From assembly GCA_013416795.1 (NCBI GenBank), contig RQSC01000031.1:296696-342638 (forward strand): 45,943 bases of DNA, in the 5' to 3' direction. The DNA is from Prasinococcaceae sp. CCMP 1430 (taxonomy: Eukaryota; Plantae; Prasinodermophyta). Positions within the stretch are counted from its first letter, which is position 1; each line of letters opens with the position of its first letter. The position numbers were made by a program, and so were the translations under genes. Below, piece by piece: positions 19,524 to 31,089 of this stretch. The notes beneath the pieces were generated by a model that saw nothing but the letters and a program-made list of their open reading frames with translations, was not told where the DNA came from and ran no database searches.

Positions 19524-20559
19524 TCACGCCGCCGCGGGCTTGGGCGTGGCCTCCGGGCCAGGGCCGTCGTCCTTCGCGGGCGCGAGCGGCAGCAGCTTGG
19601 CGCGGCTGTACGCGTACGATCCCGCGATCGCCACGCACGTGCCCGACACCGACGCCGCGGTCACCGGCGTGCTGAAGAAGAGGATGGAGCTGAAGATGAT
19701 GAAGACGCGCTTCATGGTGTTGACCACGGCGTACGTGACGGGCTTGAGCGAGGTCAGCGCGCCATAGCTCGACATGTTGTACAGATGGTACGTGATACCG
19801 CCGCCGAGCACCAGGTGCGTCAGCTGCGCGGTGCCGACCTTGGCGGCGCCCTCCGCGAGCCCCGGCCCCCAGTTGTGGCCGTCGAAGAGGATGGCGCCGG
19901 GCAGCAGGAAGCACAGCGACAGCATCGTGATGCACCCGTACAGGTTGATGCCCGATATCTCAATGCCGTCGAGCAGCTTTTTGCTGACGATGGTGCGGGT
20001 CACCACCGCCAGGTTGGCCACGTTGGCCGTCACGAACGCCGCCGTCGAGAAGTTGAGCTCGGTTATGGCCGCCACTGACACGCCGGCCACCACCGGGATC
20101 AGGCTCAGCCACACCAGCGCGTGGAAGCGCTGCTTGAGCACGAGCGCGCACACCGCCACCGTGTAGAGCGGTTCGGCGCTCTTGATGACGTGGGTGAAGC
20201 TCACCGCCGACTTGGACAGCGCGAAGCACGTGCCCACGTGGTTGACCAGGTGGCAGAGCGCCACCGGCAGCAGCTTCTTCCAGAAGCCTTTGGGCAGCTT
20301 CGGAGGCTCGACCACGCGCGTCAACCACAGCAGCGCCATGAAGATGCCGCCGCACAGGAGCTCCATCGTGCACATGAACATGGGATAGGGAAAGGCATTG
20401 AGCACGGACTTGTTGTAGAGGTTGAAGGCGACGTTGAAGGTGTACCATGCGACGACGAACCCCACGAGCTTGAGGTTCACCCCCGCCAGCGGCCCCGCTT
20501 TGCCCTCCTCCTCCGCACCCCCCTCGCGCGCGCCGGCGACGGCCGCGCGCGGCGGCGCG
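19524..20559 (-). CDS. Plastid phosphate translocator family (TPT superfamily; GPT/XPT-like); 5' part crosses N gap 20560-20606
   Basis: WYTFNVAFNLYNKSVLNAFPYP, AVSFTHVIKSAEP, YHLYNMSSY, NTMKRV. Confidence 0.85.
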
Positions 20560-21250
20560 NNNNNNNNNNNNNNNNNNNNNNNNNNNNNNNNNNNNNNNNN
20601 NNNNNNGCCCCTCTGCACGCCGGGTCGTCGCCGCCTCCGCCGAGGCGAGGCGCGCCCCCCCAGGGCCCGCGCCGCCGTGGCCCGCCAACCCCCGCGACTC
20701 GAGCGCGCTGTGCCGCCGCCGCCGCCGGCACACACCGCAGCCCTCGCCGCGACGCGCGAAAGAGGGACAGGTCGCGTTCGCGGTCGCGCTCACACAGAAA
20801 CCCTTTCAGCACTACCGAACCTTTACGTAAAATCAAGCCGTAACCGTAACACCCGCGGCACGCGCTCCGCTTTGCGGTTCCCCGGGCGGCGCGCGATATT
20901 TGTCCGCCGCCGCCGCGTCCGCGGGGCAGTTGCGCGGGCGGGGGAGGGCGCGGGCGCGGGGGCGACGCAGTGCGGTTTGATGGGACGGGGCGGAGGGCGC
21001 CGCGCCGCGCGCAAGGTCGCTCTGGCGGTGCTGCTCGATGCGAGCGGAGCGATGGGCCCAGCCGCCTGTGCCGGGGGATCGCGCGCCGGGCCGCATCGCT
21101 CGCGCTCGCGTCAGCGCGCCCTTCCAAGCGTCCCTTCGCGCTGACCGGACCGAACGACTGCGCACGCGCGGCCCCCCGCCCCCCACGCCGGCGGTCACCC
21201 CCCGCGCCCCCCTCCCCCACCCATCCCCTACCCGCGCTGCGCACTCACAG

Positions 21251-23453
21251 GCGCCGCAGATCGTCCTCCTCAGGGAGGGCACCGACACCAGCCAGGTGCG
21301 CGGGCGCGCGCGCCGCCGCCGCCAGCGAACGCCCGATCGGCGGTCAACGCCGCGCGCGCCGATTGAGCGGCATTTCGAAATTTCGGACGGAAATTCAGCC
21401 CGAAAATGCGCACGGAAAAAACGCGCGGACGCGCTGGCGCGCGCGCGGGCGGGCGTCCAACCGCGCGGCTGCCTGGCACGCAGGCGATGGGGAAGGGATT
21501 GCAAAGCGTGCGAAGGGACGCGTGACGCCCCCGGCCGCCCGGGAGAGGCCGCCGAGCGCCCGCTGAGACGGTCGTCACCCGCTCGCTCCACCTCCCACGC
21601 GCGCGCGTTTTTCTTTTCGAGCGCATTTTCGGCCAGCGGCTTTTGTTGCTGTTGCGTGTGCCGCCGGCCGCGCCTGCGAGGTGATCGGCGCCCACGCCGC
21701 CGCCGCCGCCGCCGCCGCGGCGCCCCGCACAGGCGACTTTCCCCCCTCCTAGCTCCGCAGCAAGACTGCGTGCTCCCCACTACCGTGACTCGAGCCTGAC
21801 GATGTATTTCTCCGCGCTCCGCATCCGCAGGGCACGGCTCAGCTGGTGAGCAACATCAATGCCGCGCTGGCGATCGTCGACATCGTGCGCACCACGCTCG
21901 GGCCGCGCGGCATGGACAAGCTCGTGGTCGACAAGAACAAGGGCCAGTCGACCATCTCGAACGACGGCGCGACTATCATGAAGCTGCTCGACATCGTGCA
22001 CCCCGCGGCCAAGACCCTCGTGGACATCGCGCGCTCGCAGGACTCGGAGGTGGGCGACGGCACCACCACCGTCGTGCTCCTCGCAGGCGAGATGCTGCGC
22101 GAGGCCAAGCAGTACGTCGAGGACGGCGTGCACCCGCAGCTCATCATGCGCGCGTTCCGCACGGCGCACCGCCTGGCCACCGCGCGCCTCAAGGAGCTCG
22201 CCGTGTCGATCGCCGGCAAGGACCCCGCCGACCGCCGCGAGCTGCTCATCAAGTGCGCCAAGACGTCGATGAACTCGAAGCTCATCGGCGGTGAGAGGGA
22301 CTTCTTCGGCCCCATGGTGGTCGATGCGGTGCTCGCCACCGAGGCCGCCGACCTGCGCGAGAACCTCATCGGCATCAAGAAGGTCACAGGCGGCACCATG
22401 CGCGACTCGTTCCTCGTGAGGGGCGTGGCCTTCAAGAAAACCTTCTCGTACGCCGGCTTCGAGCAGCAGCCGAAGTCGTTCACCGACCCCAAGGTGCTGC
22501 TGCTGAACGTCGAGCTGGAGCTCAAGAGCGAGAAGGAAAACGCCGAAATTCGCCTCAAGGACCCCACCGAGTATCAGAAGATCGTCGACGCCGAGTGGGC
22601 CATCATCTACGACAAGCTCGACAAGTGCATCGCCTCGGGCGCCAAGGTGGTGCTGTCACGCCTGGCCATCGGCGACCTCGCCACGCAGTACTTCGCCGAT
22701 CGCGGCGTTTTCTGCGCAGGCCGCGTGGAGGCGCTGGACATGGAGCGCGTCGCCAAGGCCTGCGGGGGCATGGTGCAGACCACGGTCAACAACCTCATCC
22801 CGGAGGTGCTTGGCTCGTGCGGCGGGTTCGAGGAGAAGCAGGTGGGCAACGAGCGCTACAACCTCTTCACGGGTTGCGAGGAGAGCTCGACGTGCACGAT
22901 CGTGCTGCGCGGCGGCGCAGAGCAGTTCATCGAGGAGAGTGAGCGCTCGTTGCACGACGCCATCTGCATCGTGCGCCGCGCGGTGAAGCACGCGGAGGTG
23001 GTGCCCGGCGGCGGTGCCATCGACATGGCCTTGTCGGCCCACCTGCGCGCCCACGCGCGCTCCATTGCGGGCAAGTCCCAGCTCTTCATCAGCGCCTTCG
23101 CCAAGGCGCTGGAGGTGATCCCCAGGCAGCTGTGCGAGAACGCCGGGCTGGACGCGACCGACATGCTGAACAAGCTGCGCCAGAAGCATGCGCTGCCCAA
23201 CGGCGAGGGCGCGCGCTTCGGTATTGATATGGAGGGGGCGTGCGTTGGGGACACGTACGAGCTCTTCGTCTGGGAGCCGCTGCTGGTGAAACTGAACGCG
23301 ATCGCATCCGCCACCGAGGCGGCGAACGTCATCCTGTCGGTCGACGAAACCGTCAAGAACCCGAGCAGCGAGGAGGTGGGCGCGGCGGGCGCGGCCATGA
23401 GCGGGCGGGGGCGCGGGCGCGGGCGCGGCAGAGGTCGTGGCATGCGGCGCTAA
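21251..23453 (+). CDS. CCT7: T-complex protein 1 subunit eta; join(<21251..21295,21831..23453), initiator exon not identified
   Basis: [14 protein letters not shown]|[11 protein letters not shown] across a phase-0 intron, [29 protein letters not shown]-terminal GR repeat. Confidence 0.93.
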
Positions 23454-23588
23454 ATCACACCCCGCCGTACTGTAGCACATTTAATGGCCGGCGATAGAGC
23501 GCAGCCCGATAACAATTGCGATTGGCAACACGCGGAGGCTCGGTAGTGTACAGAGTCAATTTACACGAGCGCGTGCCGCCCCGCGCGC

Positions 23589-24376
23589 TCAGGCCTCCTC
23601 GCCCTCGCTGCCGGACGCTTCGGCGTCGTAGTCGTCGTCGAGCTCGGCGGCGCCCATGAGTGCTTCGGCACCCTCGGCCGCGCCCTCGGCGCCCACGTGC
23701 CCCGCGTCGACGTCGCCATCGCCGCCGTCCTCATCCTCGAAGAAAAGGTCGTCATCGAGGGCGTCCTCCACCTCGTCGTCGCTCCCGCTCTCGTCTTCGT
23801 CGCTGCCCTCATCGGCGCTGCCGCCGTCAGCGTCAGCACCAGCATCGCCAGCGGTGTCGACATCGGCGGCCACGAAGCCCTCGGCTGTGAGCACGACGGG
23901 CTCGTCGGCACGAAGTGCGTCTGCGATGGCGTCCTCCACATCACACTCCTCCGCGCCGGCCTCGTCCGACCACTCCTCCGCTGCGGCCTCGAGCGCCACG
24001 CCAGCGGTGGTGGCGGGGCCAGCGTGCAACCACGCGCACGCCGCCGTGCCATCGCCCGAGACGCACTCCCGCGGCGCCCCGTCCATGCACTCGGGCGGTC
24101 CGTCGGTGCCGTTTGCGCCCCGACCGGTGAGCCACTCGCGCAGGTGGCGCGGCGCGCGGCTAGCGATCGCGTCGGGCGGCGGCAGCCCCGCCGCGCGGCG
24201 CAGCTGCGCCTGGCGCAGGTACAGCAGCGCGCGCGCAGCTGGCGCGTCACGCGCGTCGCACGCAGTCCCATCCCACGAGCTGTCGGCGAGCGCCGGCCGG
24301 CGCACGACGGCGTCGGCGAGCGCGGCACCCCACGGCTGTGCGCGCGCGGAAGCGCCGTTGGCGAGCAGCGCCCCAG
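23589..24376 (-). CDS. Hypothetical protein with acidic C-terminus, 3' part only (5' in gap)
   Basis: Open frame from the gap edge to the stop at 23589; D/E-rich tail with GC3-biased codons. Confidence 0.55.
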
Positions 24377-25355
24377 NNNNNNNNNNNNNNNNNNNNNNNN
24401 NNNNNNNNNNNNNNNNNNNNNNNNNNNNNNNNNNNNNNNNNNNNNNNNNNNNNNNNNNNNNNNNNNNNNNNNNNNNNNNNNNNNNNNNNNNNNNNNNNNN
24501 NNNNNNNNNNNNNNNNNNNNNNNNNNNNNNNNNNNNNNNNNNNNNNNNNNNNNNNNNNNNNNNNNNNNNNNNNNNNNNNNNNNNNNNNNNNNNNNNNNNN
24601 NNNNNNNNNNNNNNNNNNNNNNNNNNNNNNNNNNNNNNNNNNNNNNNNNNNNNNNNNNNNNNNNNNNNNNNNNNNNNNNNNNNNNNNNNNNNNNNNNNNN
24701 NNNNNNNNNNNNNNNNNNNNNNNNNNNNNNNNNNNNNNNNNNNNNNNNNNNNNNNNNNNNNNNNNNNNNNNNNNNNNNNNNNNNNNNNNNNNNNNNNNNN
24801 NNNNNNNNNNNNNNNNNNNNNNNNNNNNNNNNNNNNNNNNNNNNNNNNNNNNNNNNNNNNNNNNNNNNNNNNNNNNNNNNNNNNNNNNNNNNNNNNNNNN
24901 NNNNNNNNNNNNNNNNNNNNNNNNNNNNNNNNNNNNNNNNNNNNNNNNNNNNNNNNNNNNNNNNNNNNNNNNNNNNNNNNNNNNNNNNNNNNNNNNNNNN
25001 NNNNNNNNNNNNNNNNNNNNNNNNNNNNNNNNNNNNNNNNNNNNNNNNNNNNNNNNNNNNNNNNNNNNNNNNNNNNNNNNNNNNNNNNNNNNNNNNNNNN
25101 NNNNNNNNNNNNNNNNNNNNNNNNNNNNNNNNNNNNNNNNNNNNNNNNNNNNNNNNNNNNNNNNNNNNNNNNNNNNNNNNNNNNNNNNNNNNNNNNNNNN
25201 NNNNNNNNNNNNNNNNNNNNNNNNNNNNNNNNNNNNNNNNNNNNNNNNNNNNNNNNNNNNNNNNNNNNNNNNNNNNNNNNNNNNNNNNNNNNNNNNNNNN
25301 NNNNNNNNNNNNNNNNNNNNNNNNNNNNNNNNNNNNNNNNNNNNNNNNNNNNNNN
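24377..25355. other. Assembly gap (979 N); other gaps at 7284, 20560-20606, 30283, 31089
   Basis: Runs of n in the sequence. Confidence 1.
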
Positions 25356-25460
25356 GACGCCCCACCCCCACCCCCACCCCCACCCCGCGTCCCCACCCCT
25401 CTCCGACGACGGCGCACAAACGGCGGCTGGCCGGCGGCTGGCGCCAACGCGCCGCGCGTG

Positions 25461-25485
25461 AAAAAAAAAAAAAAAAAAAAAAAAA
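25461..25485 (+). repeat. A25 homopolymer
   Basis: 25 consecutive A in otherwise very GC-rich DNA. Confidence 0.95.
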
Positions 25486-26359
25486 CGCGAGCGAGCGAGC
25501 GGGCGAGCGGGCGAGCCTCCTCGCCATCACGAGCGCGCGCCGCGCGGCGTGCGCGGACGCCCGATGTGGGCGCGCGGACGAATGATGTGCCCACGGGAGC
25601 GCACAGTCAGTCAGTGCACAGGCTGCGCGCAGGCACGCAGCAGGAGTGCATGCATGCAGGCAGGCCGGCCGGCCGGCGGCTGGATATTTACCAGGCTGCG
25701 CGCTTTTCCTCTTCGCCGGGCGCGCGTCCGTCGCCTCGTCCGGAAGGTTCCGAATTTCCAGTAGCCGGCGATGGGCCCGTTCGGCGGTGACTCGCTCGCG
25801 CGGCGTCGTCTGTGGCGCGCGTACATGCATTTTGATGTGCGCGTTGGCGTTGCGTTGCGTTGCGTTGTGGCGCGGCTGCTGCGGGCGGTGCCGGGGGCGG
25901 CGGCCGCCGCAGCCACAGCGCGCGCGCAAGGGGGGGTACGGCGGCGGAGGGTTTCGAGGCGCTCTCTCCTCTCGCGCGCGTCGAAGGGCTTTCCAGGGGG
26001 GCGATGGCGGCGATGGCGGCGACTTCCATGGCGGCCGCGCGGCCGACAAGTGGCGGCGCGCGGGCGGCGGCGCGGCGCGCGGCCGCAGACGCGGAGCCTC
26101 GAAGGCGGGGCGGAGATGCCGCTCGCTGCCGCGCGCACGGGAGGCGCAGCGTGCCCCACTTTTAGCGTCGATCGGCGACTGGTGAAAGGGGAGCGCGCTG
26201 GCCGCTGCCCGCCGCGTGCGCCACGCCTCCCGAAACCCTCATGACGTGGCGGCGCGATCGAGAGGGGGGTAGGACGCGCCCGCAGCGCGCGCGCGCGCCC
26301 GTGGCGCGTCGCTGCTGCGCGCTGACGCCAGTTCCCGGCCCCGGCCCCGCGCGCCGCAG

Positions 26360-28408
26360 GTGAACCGCCTGATGGACCTCATCGTGAACAGCCTGTACTC
26401 GAACAAGGACGTGTTCCTCCGCGAGCTGGTGTCGAACGCGTCCGACGCGCTCGACAAGATCCGCTTCAAGAGCGTGCAGGACGCCTCGGTGCTCGACGCC
26501 GACGCGCAGCTGGAGATCCGCGTGAAGGCCGATCCGGAGGCCAACACGCTCACCATCGAGGACAGCGGCGTGGGCATGACGCGCGAGGAGCTCGTGTCGA
26601 GCCTGGGCACCATCGCCAACTCGGGCACGCGCGGCTTCCTCGAGGCGCTCGAGGCGCAGGGCGGCGCCGCCGACTCCAACCTCATCGGCCAGTTCGGCGT
26701 GGGCTTCTACTCGGCTTTCCTGGTCGCCGACAAGGTCACCGTGCGCACCAAGAGCAACGACGACGGCCAGCAGTGGCGCTGGGAGTCCACCGTCGAGTCG
26801 TCCAGCTACACCATCGACGAGGACGACTCGGGCGAGGCCATCGCGCGCGGCACCTCCATCACCCTGCACCTCAAGGAGGATGCCACCGACTACGCCGACG
26901 CCGAGAAGCTCAGCACGCTGCTCAAGCAGTACTCCGAGTTCATCTCCTTCCCCATCATGCTCTGGAAGAGCGAGAGCGTCCCGCGCGAGGTCGAGGACAC
27001 CGAGGCGACCACCAAGAAGAAGGAGGAGTGGGAGGCCGGCGGCAAGGAGGGCGACGAGCCCGCGACCGTCATGAAGACCGAGTGGGACACCGTCTGGGAC
27101 TGGCGCAAGAGCAACGAGTCCAAGCCCATCTGGGTGCGCTCGTCCACCGAGGTCGAGAAGGCGGAGTACGACGACTTCTTCAAGGCGACCTTCAAGGAGT
27201 TCCTGGAGCCGCTCGCGCACTCGCACTTTTCGGTCGAGGGCCAGATCGAGTTCAAGGCGCTGCTGTACGTGCCGGGCATGGCGCCCTTCGAGCAGCAGGA
27301 CATGATGAAGAAGAGCCGCTCCATGAAGCTCTTCGTGAAGCGCGTCTTCATCTCGGACGAGTTCGACGAGGACCTCATGCCGCGCTACCTGAGCTTCATC
27401 AAGGGCATCGTCGACTCCAACGACCTGCCGCTCAACGTCAGCCGCGAGATCCTGCAGGAGAGCCGCGTGGTGCGCATCATCAAGCGCCGCCTGCTCGCCA
27501 AGTCGATCGACATGATCGCCGAGATCGCCAACCGCGAGGACAAGGCCGACTACGAGAAGTTCTGGGAGGCCTTCGGCCGCAACGTCAAGCTCGGCGTGAT
27601 TGAGGACAAGGACAACGCGCCCAAGCTGGGCAAGCTGCTGCGCTTCAGCTCGTCGAAGAGCGGCGAGGGCCTCACGAGCCTCGAGGAGTACGTCGAGCGC
27701 ATGAAGGAGGGGCAGAGCGGCATCTACTTCCTGGCGGCCGACAACCGTGCCGCCGCCGAGCGCGCGCCCTTCGTGGAGCGCCTCATCAAGCGCGACATCG
27801 AGGTGCTCTACCTGCTGGAGCCCATCGACGAGGTGGCGCTCACCAACCTGGCCAAGTTCGACGAGAAGGAGTTCGTTGACGTGTCGAAGGAGGACGTGGA
27901 CACCGGCGACGAGGAGGACGCCAAGCAGGCCGAGGAGGACGCCGCGCTCTTCGAGGGGCTGACCAAGTGGCTCGCTTCCACCATCGGCAGCGAGCAGGTG
28001 GAGAAGGTGGTTGTCAGCAAGCGCCTGGAGGGCTCGCCGTGCATCCTGGTGACCTCCAAGTTCGGGTGGAGCGCGAACATGGAGCGCATCATGAAGGCGC
28101 AGGCCATGGGCGACAACCGCGCCTTCGAGTACATGAAGGGTCGCAAGATCATGGAGATCAACCCGAGGCACCCGGTCATCGAGAAGCTCAACGGCATGGT
28201 GAGCGCCAACGAGGACGACGCGGAGGCCAAGGCGATGGCCGAGCTGCTCTTCGACACCGCGCTGATGACCTCGGGCTTCCAGCCGGAGGACCTCAACAAG
28301 TTCGCCGACCGCATTTACGCCAGCATGGCGCTTGGCGCGAGCGGCAGCGCGGCGGCGCCCAAGTCGGACGACGGCGGCAGCGAGCGCGTGGACGCTGAGA
28401 TCGTCTAA
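26360..28408 (+). CDS. HSP90C: Organellar (plastid HSP90C-type) heat shock protein 90, main exon; 5' exon(s) not identified
   Basis: CCGCAG| acceptor then VNRLMDLIVNSLYSNKDVFLRELVSNASDALDK, IGQFGVGFYS, LPLNVSREILQ, GWSANMERIMKAQ; no MEEVD or K/HDEL tail. Confidence 0.85.
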   Translation: MNRLMDLIVNSLYSNKDVFLRELVSNASDALDKIRFKSVQDASVLDADAQLEIRVKADPEANTLTIEDSGVGMTREELVSSLGTIANSGTRGFLEALEAQGGAADSNLIGQFGVGFYSAFLVADKVTVRTKSNDDGQQWRWESTVESSSYTIDEDDSGEAIARGTSITLHLKEDATDYADAEKLSTLLKQYSEFISFPIMLWKSESVPREVEDTEATTKKKEEWEAGGKEGDEPATVMKTEWDTVWDWRKSNESKPIWVRSSTEVEKAEYDDFFKATFKEFLEPLAHSHFSVEGQIEFKALLYVPGMAPFEQQDMMKKSRSMKLFVKRVFISDEFDEDLMPRYLSFIKGIVDSNDLPLNVSREILQESRVVRIIKRRLLAKSIDMIAEIANREDKADYEKFWEAFGRNVKLGVIEDKDNAPKLGKLLRFSSSKSGEGLTSLEEYVERMKEGQSGIYFLAADNRAAAERAPFVERLIKRDIEVLYLLEPIDEVALTNLAKFDEKEFVDVSKEDVDTGDEEDAKQAEEDAALFEGLTKWLASTIGSEQVEKVVVSKRLEGSPCILVTSKFGWSANMERIMKAQAMGDNRAFEYMKGRKIMEINPRHPVIEKLNGMVSANEDDAEAKAMAELLFDTALMTSGFQPEDLNKFADRIYASMALGASGSAAAPKSDDGGSERVDAEIV

Positions 28409-28746
28409 GCGAGACGGCGGGGAGGGGGATCTCGAGCGCTGCTCGCGGCGCAGGCGCGGGGGCACAATACAGAAACCACACACACAGACACACACACGTG
28501 TCACACACACACACACTCGCGCGCGCGCGCGTAGCGGCGACGACGGCCCGTGCACGCGTATTGTATGCGACCATCGATGGTGCACTGCGCGGATCGCTCG
28601 CGGTACAGACGGTAAAGTAAAACATTCTTGCAGGCAGTGTTCCCCGCAGAGCGCGCGTGCCCGCGCGTGCACACACGTGGAGCGTTGAAATGTACAAAAG
28701 CGTTACAGTGTGTGTGTGTGTGTGTGTGGACGGGGGGGGAGAGAGC

Positions 28747-30114
28747 TCATTCTTGCTCCTCAATTATCCTCTTCTTCCTCGCCGCTTTGTGCTCGTACGT
28801 GCCTTCCGCCGCGTGGGCCTCGCGCCTCTTCTGCTTGCGCCTGTCGGCCTCGGTGATGGTCCTGCGCAGCGTCTGTGCCTTCTTGATGGCCTTGGGCACG
28901 TGCGTGTGGCGCAGGATGCGCCCCACCTCGGGCAGATGCTTGTACCTGTCCTTGAGCTTCTTCTGGTACGCGAGCTTGGTCAGCTGCTTGGGCGTGCGCA
29001 CGCCCGTGAGCGCGTCGGCCTGGCTCTTCCAGATGCGCACGTTCGTGTCGTCGCTGCCGCTGACGACGTACGAGCCGTCGCCGCTGAAGCGCGCGGCGAA
29101 CACGCGCTGCATGCGCTTGGTATGGTACACGTTGCGCGAGTGGCCACCGTTGTACGCGAACAGGCGGATAGAGCGGTCGTAGCCCGCCGTCACCAGCTCG
29201 CGGCCCGTGGGCGAGTAGTCGACGTCCATGACAGCGCTCACGTGGTCGCGGTGCACGCACAGCGCGCGCTGCAGGTTGCGCATGTCGTACGTGTACGCCG
29301 AGCAGTCCTCGTTGGCCAGCGTGAAGTTGAAGGGCTCGCGCGGGTTCCACGCGACGGCGTTCGACTTGGTGGCCATCACGAGCTTGCGCGTGGGCGTGTT
29401 GGAGCGCATGTCGTACAGCGCGACCGCGCGGTCCGAGCCGCACGTGGCGAACACGTCGACCTCGCTCGGGTTGAAGCGCACCGCGTACGTCGAGTCGGCG
29501 CCCCACGAGTACGACGCGAGCGGCTCGGACCGCTCGGCGTCCCACAGCTCCACGGGGCCCGTGCCAGCGGTGGCGAAGCGCCGCTGCTGCCAGTGGCAGT
29601 CGACGGCGCGCAGCGCGTGGTCCGACTTGAAGGTCGCGACGGCGTCGGCCGCCGCGTACCGAGGGCAGCTCTCCGACGCGGCGGCGGCCTCGCGCGTGGG
29701 CAGCGACCAGAGGCGCGCGGTGCAGTCGTCGCCGGCCGAGATGGCGTACGCCCCGCCCTTCTCCATCGCCGCGCCGCGCACGGCGCCCGCGTGCCCCTCG
29801 CACACCTGCAGGCACCGCCGCCGCTTGAGGTCCCACACGCGCAGCGTGCCGTCGGCCGCGCCCGACGCCATCACGCCCAGCAGCTCGGGGCACCGCGCGA
29901 GCGCGTACACGCCGTCGGCGTGGCCCTCCAGCGCCGCGACGAAGGGCTTGGCGAACACCTTCGAGAGCTTGGCCGCCTGCAGCGCGCGCCCGTACTCCTT
30001 GGCCTTCTCCATCGGGTGCAGCGCCGGGTCGGGGTTGCGGTGCACCGCCGACGCGTCGCCCGACCGCGCCTTGGTGAACGCCTCCTCGCTCCTGCTCAGC
30101 ATCTTCACCTTCAT
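28747..30114 (-). CDS. SOF1: U3 snoRNP/SSU processome WD40 protein SOF1 (DCAF13/WDSOF1)
   Basis: MKVKMLSRS...HRNPDPALHPMEKAKEY.RAL.AAKL.KVFAKPF N-terminus, WD40 repeats, YHTKRMQRVF, Sof1-type C-terminal domain; intronless 455 aa. Confidence 0.93.
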   Translation of the reverse strand: MKVKMLSRSEEAFTKARSGDASAVHRNPDPALHPMEKAKEYGRALQAAKLSKVFAKPFVAALEGHADGVYALARCPELLGVMASGAADGTLRVWDLKRRRCLQVCEGHAGAVRGAAMEKGGAYAISAGDDCTARLWSLPTREAAAASESCPRYAAADAVATFKSDHALRAVDCHWQQRRFATAGTGPVELWDAERSEPLASYSWGADSTYAVRFNPSEVDVFATCGSDRAVALYDMRSNTPTRKLVMATKSNAVAWNPREPFNFTLANEDCSAYTYDMRNLQRALCVHRDHVSAVMDVDYSPTGRELVTAGYDRSIRLFAYNGGHSRNVYHTKRMQRVFAARFSGDGSYVVSGSDDTNVRIWKSQADALTGVRTPKQLTKLAYQKKLKDRYKHLPEVGRILRHTHVPKAIKKAQTLRRTITEADRRKQKRREAHAAEGTYEHKAARKKRIIEEQE

Positions 30115-31089
30115 GGCCGCCAGCGGAGGGGGGGAGCGGGGAGCAGGTGGGTGGGTGGGTGGTGGGTGGGGTGTGCGCGGCGGCGTGCTCTCTCGCCTAG
30201 ACAGGTATGTCTCCCGTGCCGGAGGTCGGTTGTGATGTGGGGCTTGACGTCGGCGATGAGGTGGGAGCGCCCGTCGGGGCTGNCCGCAGCGCGCGCGCGC
30301 GCGCGCGCGAGCGCCGCCGAATCCCCATCGAAACGAGGGTCGGAGCCGGAGGCCGCGCCGTCGCCCGGTGCGACGCTGCGTGCGGTAACAGCACCTCGGA
30401 TCCGTATTCTCTTCCGTCTGCAGCTCGGCCAGTTCTTCTGCAGCGGCGGGACGGATCGGATCGGATGTGGACCGCCTCTCCTTTAATTTGCCGCCGTCGC
30501 CGTGGCGTGGGTGGGTTCCAACGCTGCCAAAAAATTAGCCGTTCGATGGCATCCGACCCACAACGCTGCGGCCCCGCCGCCGTCGCGCGGCCGACGACGC
30601 CGAATGGCTGAAAATGAGATGAGGGCCGCGCGCCGGCGAATCCCACATCAAAACGCATGCGCTTGCGCGCTCGCATGAAGTCGCCCCGCGCGCGCCCCGC
30701 GAGTACATGAAGTCGCCCGTGGGTGAATTATCCTAACGAGCGGGCGCTCGATCGCGGCGATCGCGCGCGCGCACGCGTCGCCCGCGCTTCGCGTCCGATG
30801 AATCGCGTGCGGCCGCCCTCGCCCTTTTGGGGTATGGCGCCCGAAGACCGCGTCAAATCTCACATCGCAGCGAAGGGAGAGAAAATAGGGTCTACGGATG
30901 CGCGTTTTATTCGTCATTTGATGATGGTTGAGCGCGGCTGAGGTTGGGGTTGGGGTGTGTGGCGCGCAGCAGCAGCAGCGCGCGCGCGCCCGCCCGCCGG
31001 TGCGACCGGTGGGTGTGCGTGTGGGACTGTGGGTGGGTGGGAGGGAGGGGCTGTACCACATCGCCGCGCGCACCTCGAAGGCCTCAGGN

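Noticed and set aside
20980-21015. Possible CCT7 initiator exon MGRGGGRRAARK with AAG|GTCGCT donor
   Set aside because: Phase fits but the donor is unlike the others in this window and the peptide is not conserved in CCT7; unsupported without cDNA.
26162-28672. 836-aa antisense ORF over HSP90C (similarly 28657..30486 +, 31432..33591 -, 36965..38212 -)
   Set aside because: Shadow ORFs caused by extreme GC3 bias on the coding strand; no motifs of their own.
28475-28727. (CA)n/(TG)n microsatellites between HSP90C and SOF1 forming a loose inverted pair
   Set aside because: Simple repeats typical of UTRs and introns here; the complementarity is trivial.
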